Shown: positions 38,953-48,157 of the stretch, piece by piece
Position numbering within the stretch: the stretch's first letter is position 1
Layout: every line of letters starts with the position of its first letter
Virus record (IMG/VR): IMGVR_UViG_3300024346_000006
Source of the DNA: a virus
Lineage: Duplodnaviria > Caudoviricetes
Direction: 5' to 3' (one strand)
Length of the DNA: 64,000 bases
Position numbers and translations under genes: made by a program
The notes under the pieces: generated by a model
The model's database searches: none
The model's input: the letters and a program-made list of their open reading frames with translations, nothing else
What the model was told of the DNA's origin: nothing

Positions 38953-41001
38953 TTACACTGGTGTTCCTACAGGGTCATATGTGTCAAGATTGATATCACT
39001 ATTAAAGATATATTGTCCATTTACTAAGACTAGTAATCTCATTCCATTCCCAAACGCCATAGTTGAACGCATTCCTTGGTATCTTCTTTTGTCTGCATTA
39101 GTACCATTGTATAGGTATGTTGTCATTGGTACATTACTGGATTCTGCTACTACTTCTGCAGAAGAAAAACAAATCATATCCATTTCTTCTTTAGGATACA
39201 TATATCTCTGTGTTGTAAGTCCAGTTGGAAAGGTAATGATAAATCTATTTTCGTCCGTAATGGCCAATTGTTCTAATGGATTAATAACTGCATTACTATC
39301 TGTCTGATGTTTTGTTGCAAATTTATGCACATCAGTTGGTTTTAATACATCAAATTCTCTTACAACAAATCTCCAAATATTTTTTGCTTGCCATTCATCG
39401 GCAAGATAGTCTTCTCTATCGTATGGACTTAATATATAGAATGTTTTTGAATTGGACAGATTTGATAAATTGTATATATTTCCTGCTTCATCAAATACTG
39501 TATCTACCAAATCTTCTGCAGTCTGTAGGTTTGCTGCTTGATTGGAGAAGTAAATTCCAGCATCAGAAGAATAAAAACTTTCTCTAGAACAAGAGTACAT
39601 GCAATGAACAGGGAATTTTGACGCTTCATCAGTTCTTGGAAGTCCTGTTTCATTACTTGATGTTCTTTGGATACAGAACCATGAATAGTCATCTGCCTGA
39701 TCTGCAGCTGCATCATCATACATGTAAAGAACGATACCTTTTTCTGTAATAGTAAGTCTATACGAAAATGGATATGTTCCTTGCAGTTCTGCATTCATTT
39801 TTGGAAATCTTTTAAACCACCCATAACCTTTTCTTTTATTTCTAAATCTTATCGACCTATTATTAATGTATTTCTTATAATCGGTGCCGGCCGGAGCGGC
39901 CGATTGGTTAAACGAAGAACCTGTATCTGGTATATAGAAAGTTGCGAGTGGATACTCCGAAAAAGTATGAACTGTAGAAGAACCTGTTCCACCGGCAGTA
40001 ATATCTGCCTGATCTGCCGCAGCCTTATCTAAGTATACTGGATAATAATATCCTTGATTAATACCATAAGTACCAGTGTTTGTGTTTTGTCCAAAGACAA
40101 AATATGGCCCTGTGTTTGCAACATCTGCAGTGATAGTTACATCATCAAAATGCAAGTCTACCATTTCGCCCGGCATTCTTATAATAGAGGTATCAACAGT
40201 TGAACCATTTTGTAATGTAATTAATCCATCAGTCGAAAGTTGTGGATTTGAAATAGTACCATCCGTACTAATTTGATTAGATGTTCCTACATTTACCTTA
40301 AACCATCCATACATGGGATTTGGAATACCGACTGTACTTTCCCAACCACTATTTAAAATCCCATTATAACTGTAGCCTGGATGGTATTGGGGCTGATACT
40401 CTGCCTCTAGTACAGTATTTCCTTCTTGATACTGTGACCTTCCCTGTGATGCCATTCTAAGATTCAATTGATACAATTCGGAACTAAATTCTCTATCACC
40501 AGTTGTACCAACACCAGTACCCATTAAACGTGGGCGAAGATCAAATTCAAATCTTATTCTGTAATTTTGATCGATACCTCTCGCAACTGCACCAGATTTG
40601 GGTAGAGATTGATTAGTGGTCTGAAAAATCATGACATGTTGTTCTGGGTTAGTTCCATCACCAACCTGACTGAAGTTTGCAACACCAGCATACACACCAC
40701 TACCACCACCATTTGCAGAAGATGGACGGTTTAATGATATCTGACTAAAAAATTGTTTTGTTACCTGTGTTGTAACCAGAGTTTGTGTCTCATCAATTAA
40801 TTCATTACCAGCAATCGGGTCTCCAACGAACAATGGCCACTGTCTTGCCAAATCTTCAGCAAGCACGCCCATAAATCCGCCACTGATACTACCATCATTG
40901 CTATTTACGCCGCCGTTACCAATTACAGAAGTAAACGAATTTCTTTGACGAGATATTCCAAAATTAGGAAAGTAGTTTGGGTCTATATTTCTCTGTGCCA
41001 T
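38953..41001 (-). CDS. Putative virion structural protein, paralogue P4 (682 aa, most compact member)
   Basis: GISRQRN near the N-terminus; LAEDLARQWP; YRIRFEF; FKVNVGT; RMPGEM; DDAAADQADDYSWFCIQR; FPVHCMYS; FVVREFDVLKP; VINPLEQL; FGNGMRLL. Confidence 0.78.
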   Translation of the reverse strand: MAQRNIDPNYFPNFGISRQRNSFTSVIGNGGVNSNDGSISGGFMGVLAEDLARQWPLFVGDPIAGNELIDETQTLVTTQVTKQFFSQISLNRPSSANGGGSGVYAGVANFSQVGDGTNPEQHVMIFQTTNQSLPKSGAVARGIDQNYRIRFEFDLRPRLMGTGVGTTGDREFSSELYQLNLRMASQGRSQYQEGNTVLEAEYQPQYHPGYSYNGILNSGWESTVGIPNPMYGWFKVNVGTSNQISTDGTISNPQLSTDGLITLQNGSTVDTSIIRMPGEMVDLHFDDVTITADVANTGPYFVFGQNTNTGTYGINQGYYYPVYLDKAAADQADITAGGTGSSTVHTFSEYPLATFYIPDTGSSFNQSAAPAGTDYKKYINNRSIRFRNKRKGYGWFKRFPKMNAELQGTYPFSYRLTITEKGIVLYMYDDAAADQADDYSWFCIQRTSSNETGLPRTDEASKFPVHCMYSCSRESFYSSDAGIYFSNQAANLQTAEDLVDTVFDEAGNIYNLSNLSNSKTFYILSPYDREDYLADEWQAKNIWRFVVREFDVLKPTDVHKFATKHQTDSNAVINPLEQLAITDENRFIITFPTGLTTQRYMYPKEEMDMICFSSAEVVAESSNVPMTTYLYNGTNADKRRYQGMRSTMAFGNGMRLLVLVNGQYIFNSDINLDTYDPVGTPV

Positions 41002-41028
41002 TAATTTTTTCTCTTATTACTTTATCAA

Positions 41029-44000
41029 CTATTTATCTCTAAATATTGAAAGAATTTTTCCAGTTACAAAAGTAACTGGGTGCCATACAGTACACCATAT
41101 TCTTCCCACAATATCGTCTTTTTCTTTTTTACCAATACCTAAATGTCCTGCATAACCATCTCTACTTAAAATATACTTTAAGTGTTGGGTTCTTCTTTGC
41201 GCCAACCATCCACCAGACTTGGTTAAAGTACCACTCTTTCTCATTCCTTTAACCCAAGGCATGAATAAAAAATGATAACCTCTTTGGTGATACCGAGTCA
41301 AATGAGTTTTTGTATGCAATCCCCAAATCTTCATTGCTGTTTTCCAATCATCTAGTTGTGTTTGTCTGTACATTTCAGTACAAACAATCTTATCAGACTG
41401 ACTAGATGTGCCACTACCACCAGAATCACTAATGTTGTCATCTCTTGTTGGGCCGATCATTGCCCCAGGCGCTCCAGTTCCAGTAGAGAACACGCCATCT
41501 GGTTGATCCGATCGTAGACCTTGAATTTCATTATGTGTCATAGGACTATCAAAATATGTTACAGTTCCAGTTGATGGTTCATAGTGAGACATAAATGTTG
41601 GTTCATTATGATTATCATCACTACCACCGCCACCAGAAGTTACTGGAGTTCCATTTCCATCTGTAACAGGACTGCCAGTTCCATCTGTGACCACCATTAT
41701 CGGCCCATCAAATACGGTGTCATTATCACTACCGTTATCCTCAGGCGTCTGTACCGGACTTGTCTGTGCCGGCGGCCGTGACCAAGTTGTTCCAGTTCCA
41801 GTTCCATCACCTAAGAAGAAACAATTAAAGTAAGTTAGGCCACCCTGTACATAGAAGTTACCCACAAGACTAGGTGTAACTCTTAAATCGGTGAAATCAC
41901 CATCAACACCATCATCCATTTCAAGTGTAGTCCAACTGTTACTATTGTTTTCTGTTATCGTTTCACTACCCAATCTTCTTCTGAATATTTTATATAATGT
42001 ATATGTCATTGAGCCTTGGTTGAGACTCTTAGTACATACACCAAGTGCATCTTCTTCACCGTCATTTCTGTAATAACGATACCCATTATAATCTATAGTT
42101 TGATGTCTTTGATCGTCAATATTGAATGACCATGCAGCTCCTTGAGGATTAAACCCAGTACTATCTCCAAATCCGTACCAATTACCAGTACCAAATTCAT
42201 TTTGGACAGTTCCAAATATACCACTTTGATTGCCCTTAATCACCTCAGTTCCGTATTTGATGAATACCTTAGTATTTCCGTCTTGGTCTCTACCTTGTGC
42301 CCAAACTGACGTACCACCTGTAGCGTTCTCATCGCAATTGCCAGAATGAAAATACTCTGGATATTCTCTGGGGCCTAAACTAGAACTTGTAGTTCCAGTA
42401 GTTGTTTGGTGAGGCCTTCCGTCATCTTTGACTCTTGTTGTCATTGATGGCGCCCTGTTACTTTGCAATCCAGTACTTCTTAAAACATAGACATCATCTT
42501 CACTCATTGTAATTGTTTGTGTACTAGCATTCGGGCCAAATACAATTGACGATGGGCCAATTCCACCAGAGCCAATGTTAGTAAATGTCATTGTATTTTC
42601 ATAAGATGCTGATCTAGTAGTATTAAATGTTACTGTACATTTTTTAATTGGCCATGGATCTGGACTTTGAATGTCATTGTCAATATCACTTCTCTTTGCA
42701 CCTGTTACAACATAATCATCTGGCGCATTTACAGGGTCTGTAGATACATTAATACTTGGTAGATATCCAGCTGGTGGACTTGGACTGACGAACGGGCCAG
42801 GCGCTGTTCCACTTTTTTCTAATTTTGCGTAGTGTTCTCCATTTTGACAGAAATATACACGATATTTTTGTGATCCATTTTTCTGCAATTGGTAAGTATG
42901 AACTAAGTAATACTGTTTTCCTTTTCCGAATAAAAGAATTTCTTTTGAAGAAATTGAACCAGTTAGCTCTTGATTTCCTTCACAAGTTACATTTGCAACA
43001 GAGTACATAACAACTGTACCCCTATCATCAATTAGTGCAATGCCAGGCTTTGAGATTTTCGTGTAGTCATTTCCTTTAGAACCAAATACAACAACTACAC
43101 CATCTCCACCATCTCCTGAGTTAGATTCATATGTGCCTTCTTGAGTTTGACTGCCGGGCACCAAATCTAAATATGAAGTCTGATTTGATTGTCCACCTCT
43201 ACCAACTTTAATATCAACAATATCGCCAGGCGATACCATAAAGTCACCAAAGAATCCACTGGCAGCTGCCTGTCCACCAATAGTAGCACTTTTCGATGTA
43301 CTACTGTAATATCTCATACCATGTTGACCAGCTGCACCACCCGATCCATATACTGGATTTGGTTCCGATGGACTTCCATTAGTTGGGAATTCGCTAGCAA
43401 CTGTTGTACCAAAACCATGCCACGAAGAACCACCATCTCCACCATCATTATTAAAGAAATGTAATTCTCCCAATCCTGATGCTTCGAACCAGTAAGTATT
43501 AATTGGGAATTTTTCAACCAATGCACTTACAATATTTGCACCACTTGATGGAAGGTTTGCATAATATGACAATGGAGTACTTCGTAAGTTATCTCTTGTG
43601 TATTTCAAAGAGCTTGCTGGTAGAGTGGATAGAGCATAAGTTCTATTAGTTTCAACTCCACCAGCAACACTAATCAGTTGATTCTTTGTTGGTATAGTTC
43701 CCTGGCCAGGTATTGTAACAGCTGGTTCTGTTACTGTTGACCCAAACTGTGCTGCATATTCGGCAGTACCCACAACATAATTGATACCTTGGAATACTGT
43801 ATAATTTTGTTGACGGAAAAGGTTTCTGTCAATTACATTAGAGTTTCTTCCAACATATTTTTGATAAATTTTATCAATGGTTTCTGTATCTAGTGAAGTT
43901 TCTAATATGAAATTATTCATCGAAATTCCACCAACTCCAGCTGGTTGTGATGTAGTGCCACCATCCGTAACACACCAGTACCACTGTTCTGGGTCAGAAG

Positions 44001-46716
44001 ATGACCAGTGAGGTACTTCAACTTTACCCTCAGAGTCAAAAACAAGATGTCTTGGAGCAGGACTAGTGCCCATCGTATTGACCCCGTTTATACCCCAGAA
44101 GTTTTTAGACCAAACTATAACTTCCATTCCTGCATAATCGGCATTAAGTTCTAATGTATAAGTTCCAGACCCAGCTGGGGTTGTAAAGTTCGCACCTCTT
44201 TTACCAATCGCATAGTACCATTGTTCTCTGTCACTTGACGATGGATGTATGAAAGAAAAGTAACCATCATTACCAACACTAAAGGTATATGATCTAAAAT
44301 AGTTTTTACCCCAAACATATACTGGTTTTCCAGCGTTGTGAACTCCAACAAATATTCGTTCTGTACCATAAGTTGCCGGAGTATAAAATTGCCCTGCATC
44401 TTCTTCTGTTGTCATAAAGAACCATTTTTCGGTGTCTGAAGAAGATTGGTGAACAACACTGACATTTCCATTCGCATCGGTGTATAATTTCTGAGATGCA
44501 AAAAAATTCTGACCCCAAATAAAGATACCCTTACCAGCGGGTTGGCCAGTTGCACCAAGTGGTAAATCGTGCGTTCCACTTCGTGCAATAGTACTAAACC
44601 CACCACCATCAATTTCTGGCGAACTTGCGGATGTTGTTATCGTTTTTAAATCAGTAACAACTCTAACTGTAGAATCTGGATTTGTAATATTCAATCTACC
44701 AGAGGCAAGTCTAATTTCTCCCTGACCTCCTGTTAGAGTGGGAGCACTTGATCCAGTGTAATTAACTTGGCGAACACCGTCCACATAAATTTCTAATTCT
44801 GGACGAACACTCTGTTGAGTATTTTGTAAGTATGCATTGTATTCATAATAAAAATTACCATTACTTGAAACAACAAATTCAGAATCTGTTGCGGCAGAAT
44901 TTGCAGGAAGAGGAGTACTTGCAGTAGTAGATGTTACTTGGCTAGTTGCTGTAGGTGCAGACCAAAGTTCATATATACCAGCACCAATAAATGGATCGCC
45001 ATATGTAAGATTGTGTGATGGATGCAGCGTCCCTCTATAGTAATCCACCCCACCATCTGAAAATATATAATCTCCCAAAGTGGGTGTGAGTGTTATAACA
45101 CCAGAGTTGAACTCGCCGACATTGCCAATTGAATCAACTACTCCTTCTTTGGTTCTTATAATAGTTCCAGTCTGAATATTCTGTAAATTTTTATCATCAT
45201 GTTTCCACCAGTTTACTGTCCAATTTATCCCTCCCCCACTATTAACAGCTGAAAAATCAATTGTTACATTAGGGAGAACATTACTTACTGTCGTAGTCGT
45301 AGTTTGATTATTATTAGAAGTTGTACCATTTTCTGCATAAACTCTATGTTGATAGAGATTGCCGTTTGTGTTAGCAGTACCAGTATCGGTTCCAGAATAG
45401 TTTGGAATATTCGTTGTTGTATTTGTAGACAACTCACTTGCCTGAGCAAGTAAATATCTAAATCCGTCTGGCGTCCCAAATGTATTTGGGCCAAAGTCTG
45501 CATTTGCATTGATAATATCAACAAAGCCAGGTCTTGCCTGTATATAACGAATTACATCTACTACGGTATCTGTGTTTACATGTCTATTATTTTCTGTAGC
45601 AGAAGCGTTTCTTTCCAACATACTATTGTATATTCTATTGGTAACTTCTGCAGAGACTTCTAAACTTTTAACTCTAGATATCTTATACCACTTTAATGTA
45701 CCTTCAGAATTTTCGTCAATTATTTCAGAAGTTGAAGTATACACCCAACCAGAACTATCTCTAACATCTTTTGTAATATCAGTTGCTGTTGCAAGAAGTT
45801 GGCTTTGCCAGTAAAATTGATAACTTGAGTTATTAATTTCTAAAATATACGAACCACTGTACTTACCTTCTGCATAATCAGTTTCAGAAAAACCACTTGC
45901 AAGTGTTACTGTTCCAGTTTCCGCTTGAAGTGTATTGATAGTTTCGCCAGGATTTGTTGTAGTTTCTCCTGTTGCATTTGAAAGTTTACCACCATAACCA
46001 CCAAAGATTTTAATCTTCTGATTATTTGGCATTGTAATTGTTGTATCTTCACCATCAAATCCCTGATCCTCTGTACCTACTAATCCTTCACGAACATAAT
46101 CTTCCTCTGTAGGTTGGCCGGGGATATATTGAGAAGAACCAGAACCACCAGCACCAGTTGCTAAAATTCTAAGTCTTCTGTATCCCTTTGGAATTCTAAT
46201 TTTCCAATCACCCGTTTCAAAGACTTGTTGATTATCTACTTTGTTAGACCAGTGTTGTTCATACCCAACTTGCTCAAATCCTTCTTCAGTTCCCATCTTG
46301 AAACTCATTGCAGGAATAGTTAACTTAACATATTCCCAATCCTGTGGAGTATCAATTCTTACAGAACCAAGTTCTTCATTTCTTGTGAAGTAGACAGTAT
46401 TATTATCATTAATCTGATCCCACCTAGTCATGAATGTTCCATCTCTAAGACGCATGAATTTCCATGCATCTTCGACACATATGGTAGGAATTAATATGTT
46501 ATAAGGAAGTGTTGCATCAGATGTTCCACGAAAATCCGAATATTTTATTGCACGCCCTCTGGGCCCAACAGGGATATTTCTATTATTAAATCTATCTGGA
46601 ACATTACCACCACCTCTATAATACTCAGACAGAGAATGGGGTGCGGAGTTATTTACTGGTTTAAACTCCGCAACAATGTGCGTCATTTTCAGTCTGCCGT
46701 CTGCTGGTATTGCCAT
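41029..46716 (-). CDS. Large glycine-rich tail fibre/appendage protein (1895 aa)
   Basis: N-terminal IP.DG.L...IVAEF....PHSLSEYYRGG..VP....IP.....IKYSDFRG motif typical of marine phage fibre proteins. Split glycine-rich domain (GAGGSG ... VSPGD.VDIKVGRGG...GDGGDGVVVV), a triple internal repeat and a C-terminal KIVCTEM domain. Confidence 0.75.
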   Translation of the reverse strand: MAIPADGRLKMTHIVAEFKPVNNSAPHSLSEYYRGGGNVPDRFNNRNIPVGPRGRAIKYSDFRGTSDATLPYNILIPTICVEDAWKFMRLRDGTFMTRWDQINDNNTVYFTRNEELGSVRIDTPQDWEYVKLTIPAMSFKMGTEEGFEQVGYEQHWSNKVDNQQVFETGDWKIRIPKGYRRLRILATGAGGSGSSQYIPGQPTEEDYVREGLVGTEDQGFDGEDTTITMPNNQKIKIFGGYGGKLSNATGETTTNPGETINTLQAETGTVTLASGFSETDYAEGKYSGSYILEINNSSYQFYWQSQLLATATDITKDVRDSSGWVYTSTSEIIDENSEGTLKWYKISRVKSLEVSAEVTNRIYNSMLERNASATENNRHVNTDTVVDVIRYIQARPGFVDIINANADFGPNTFGTPDGFRYLLAQASELSTNTTTNIPNYSGTDTGTANTNGNLYQHRVYAENGTTSNNNQTTTTTVSNVLPNVTIDFSAVNSGGGINWTVNWWKHDDKNLQNIQTGTIIRTKEGVVDSIGNVGEFNSGVITLTPTLGDYIFSDGGVDYYRGTLHPSHNLTYGDPFIGAGIYELWSAPTATSQVTSTTASTPLPANSAATDSEFVVSSNGNFYYEYNAYLQNTQQSVRPELEIYVDGVRQVNYTGSSAPTLTGGQGEIRLASGRLNITNPDSTVRVVTDLKTITTSASSPEIDGGGFSTIARSGTHDLPLGATGQPAGKGIFIWGQNFFASQKLYTDANGNVSVVHQSSSDTEKWFFMTTEEDAGQFYTPATYGTERIFVGVHNAGKPVYVWGKNYFRSYTFSVGNDGYFSFIHPSSSDREQWYYAIGKRGANFTTPAGSGTYTLELNADYAGMEVIVWSKNFWGINGVNTMGTSPAPRHLVFDSEGKVEVPHWSSSDPEQWYWCVTDGGTTSQPAGVGGISMNNFILETSLDTETIDKIYQKYVGRNSNVIDRNLFRQQNYTVFQGINYVVGTAEYAAQFGSTVTEPAVTIPGQGTIPTKNQLISVAGGVETNRTYALSTLPASSLKYTRDNLRSTPLSYYANLPSSGANIVSALVEKFPINTYWFEASGLGELHFFNNDGGDGGSSWHGFGTTVASEFPTNGSPSEPNPVYGSGGAAGQHGMRYYSSTSKSATIGGQAAASGFFGDFMVSPGDIVDIKVGRGGQSNQTSYLDLVPGSQTQEGTYESNSGDGGDGVVVVFGSKGNDYTKISKPGIALIDDRGTVVMYSVANVTCEGNQELTGSISSKEILLFGKGKQYYLVHTYQLQKNGSQKYRVYFCQNGEHYAKLEKSGTAPGPFVSPSPPAGYLPSINVSTDPVNAPDDYVVTGAKRSDIDNDIQSPDPWPIKKCTVTFNTTRSASYENTMTFTNIGSGGIGPSSIVFGPNASTQTITMSEDDVYVLRSTGLQSNRAPSMTTRVKDDGRPHQTTTGTTSSSLGPREYPEYFHSGNCDENATGGTSVWAQGRDQDGNTKVFIKYGTEVIKGNQSGIFGTVQNEFGTGNWYGFGDSTGFNPQGAAWSFNIDDQRHQTIDYNGYRYYRNDGEEDALGVCTKSLNQGSMTYTLYKIFRRRLGSETITENNSNSWTTLEMDDGVDGDFTDLRVTPSLVGNFYVQGGLTYFNCFFLGDGTGTGTTWSRPPAQTSPVQTPEDNGSDNDTVFDGPIMVVTDGTGSPVTDGNGTPVTSGGGGSDDNHNEPTFMSHYEPSTGTVTYFDSPMTHNEIQGLRSDQPDGVFSTGTGAPGAMIGPTRDDNISDSGGSGTSSQSDKIVCTEMYRQTQLDDWKTAMKIWGLHTKTHLTRYHQRGYHFLFMPWVKGMRKSGTLTKSGGWLAQRRTQHLKYILSRDGYAGHLGIGKKEKDDIVGRIWCTVWHPVTFVTGKILSIFRDK
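41030..41037 (-). promoter_or_regulatory. Late-promoter-like GATAAATA
   Basis: One mismatch to consensus, but at the same ~28-nt spacing from the ATG (41001) as the exact motifs upstream of other genes. Confidence 0.55.
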
Positions 46717-46744
46717 GTTAGTATTCTCTTCTCTTACTGTTTAA

Positions 46745-47944
46745 TTAAACTTGGAATGCAATAATATCACCACTACATTCAATTTTTAAAGACTGATTTC
46801 CAGTAACTTTTAGGTCTGCACCATTGATTGTCAATGTTCCAGACATGGTGTCACCAGTTTTCTTGACATATCCACCAGCATTATGGTCAGTAATTAATGG
46901 AAGAACCTGTTGATATAGTGCATTAATAGCAGCAACAATTGAAGTGGTATCACCAACTCCACTATTCAAATTACCAAGTGGGTCTACATCAGTGGCACCA
47001 GGCCCTCTTACAATTGACTTATCTTCTTTTGTATCTAAATCAGTTTCTATATTATCAACTCTATCTTTAAGACTTCCATAAACTTCGTCACTTAAAAGTT
47101 TCAATGTAGAATCAAGAGTGTTTATATTTTCTTTTACAGTATCGTGGATAGCATATTCATTTGACACTGCTGCGACATATACACCGTTGGTGTTTGTACC
47201 AACTGAATATTTCAAAAAGTCTTGTACAGTTTCTAATCTGGTCGCTCTAGATTCTAATGCAGTAATATCGTCTTCGTTAATTTTTACTGCACCATCTAAT
47301 TCAACAAGATTTGTCTTTACTACTGCATTATTATCACTATCTGTAGTAAGATAATTAACACCTAAACCGTCATAATTAAACTGTCCAGTAACAGCACCAC
47401 CGCCAACTGTAATATTTAATCTATCTAACAAATCAGATTTAGTTTTCAAAGTGGTATCTAAAAGACTAATTCCCTGTCTAAGACTAGCTGCAGCAGGAAC
47501 ATATGTTGCCGTAGTAAGTAATGAATATGTTCCGTCAGCGTTTAATCCAGCTGCGTTTTGAGTTACATCTAATTCTGCCTGTAAGGCATTATCTGCCGCA
47601 ATTCGTGCATCTCTTTCTTTTCCTACCTCAGTATCTGTATATTCTACAGACCATTGATTTTCTGCATTAATTGTGTCTACCAGATTATCTTTTTTCCACC
47701 CACGACTTTGTGGGTCAAGTGTAGACATATTACCAATATTTCTAGTATTGATATCTGTATGAGTGTTTACTTCGTTGATTGCGTCAACGATTGTAGATTG
47801 TGCATCAGTTTCTAAGAATGCAAGATTACCAATATTTGCAGCCACTGCTTCCGCATAGACTTTTACTTTATTAGTTTTAACTCTCCACTCTTCGAAAGTG
47901 TCGGTTGTCAACACATCTACGAGGGATGGATATTCTACGGCCAT
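46745..47944 (-). CDS. Fibritin/neck whisker-like coiled-coil fibre protein
   Basis: 399 aa. N-terminal TDTFEEWRVKTN motif; repeated IGNL..L.T.....IVxAINE segments; heptad-like stretches; C-terminal GYVKKTGDTMSG.L fibre motif. Lies downstream of VrlC as in cyanophage-like genomes. Confidence 0.6.
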   Translation of the reverse strand: MAVEYPSLVDVLTTDTFEEWRVKTNKVKVYAEAVAANIGNLAFLETDAQSTIVDAINEVNTHTDINTRNIGNMSTLDPQSRGWKKDNLVDTINAENQWSVEYTDTEVGKERDARIAADNALQAELDVTQNAAGLNADGTYSLLTTATYVPAAASLRQGISLLDTTLKTKSDLLDRLNITVGGGAVTGQFNYDGLGVNYLTTDSDNNAVVKTNLVELDGAVKINEDDITALESRATRLETVQDFLKYSVGTNTNGVYVAAVSNEYAIHDTVKENINTLDSTLKLLSDEVYGSLKDRVDNIETDLDTKEDKSIVRGPGATDVDPLGNLNSGVGDTTSIVAAINALYQQVLPLITDHNAGGYVKKTGDTMSGTLTINGADLKVTGNQSLKIECSGDIIAFQV

Positions 47945-48145
47945 TTAAAGTTTCTCCAATATTAAGTTTAGTGTGTTTTTTATTTCATTCATTTCTTGTT
48001 GTAAATCTTTTATTTCTTCGTCACGCCTTTTAAGTGCGTTATTCTTTCTAATAAAATTATTATAACCAGTGTTATCAGTATTTATTATCGCTTGCGAGTT
48101 CGTATCTCTTACAAGGTCTTTATTACCTTTAACCTTTAGTCTCAT
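47945..48145 (-). CDS. Small coiled-coil hypothetical protein that typically follows VrlC
   Basis: RLKVKGNKDLVRDTNSQAIINTD...EEIKDLQQEMNEIKNTLNLILEKL. The start is more likely the ATG at 48145 (GGAG 6 nt upstream) than the TTG at 48157. Confidence 0.75.
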   Translation of the reverse strand: MRLKVKGNKDLVRDTNSQAIINTDNTGYNNFIRKNNALKRRDEEIKDLQQEMNEIKNTLNLILEKL

Positions 48146-48157
48146 TACCATCTCCAA

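Noticed and set aside
14109-41001. P1-P4 as tail sheath (gp18) or capsid (gp23/gp24) paralogues
   Set aside because: None of the sheath or HK97-type capsid sequence motifs I know was seen. Remote structural homology remains untested.
5247-46716. Diversity-generating retroelement (TR/VR pair) acting on fibre genes
   Set aside because: No reverse transcriptase in the window, and I saw no non-coding template repeat or adenine-specific mismatch pattern. A TR outside the window cannot be excluded.
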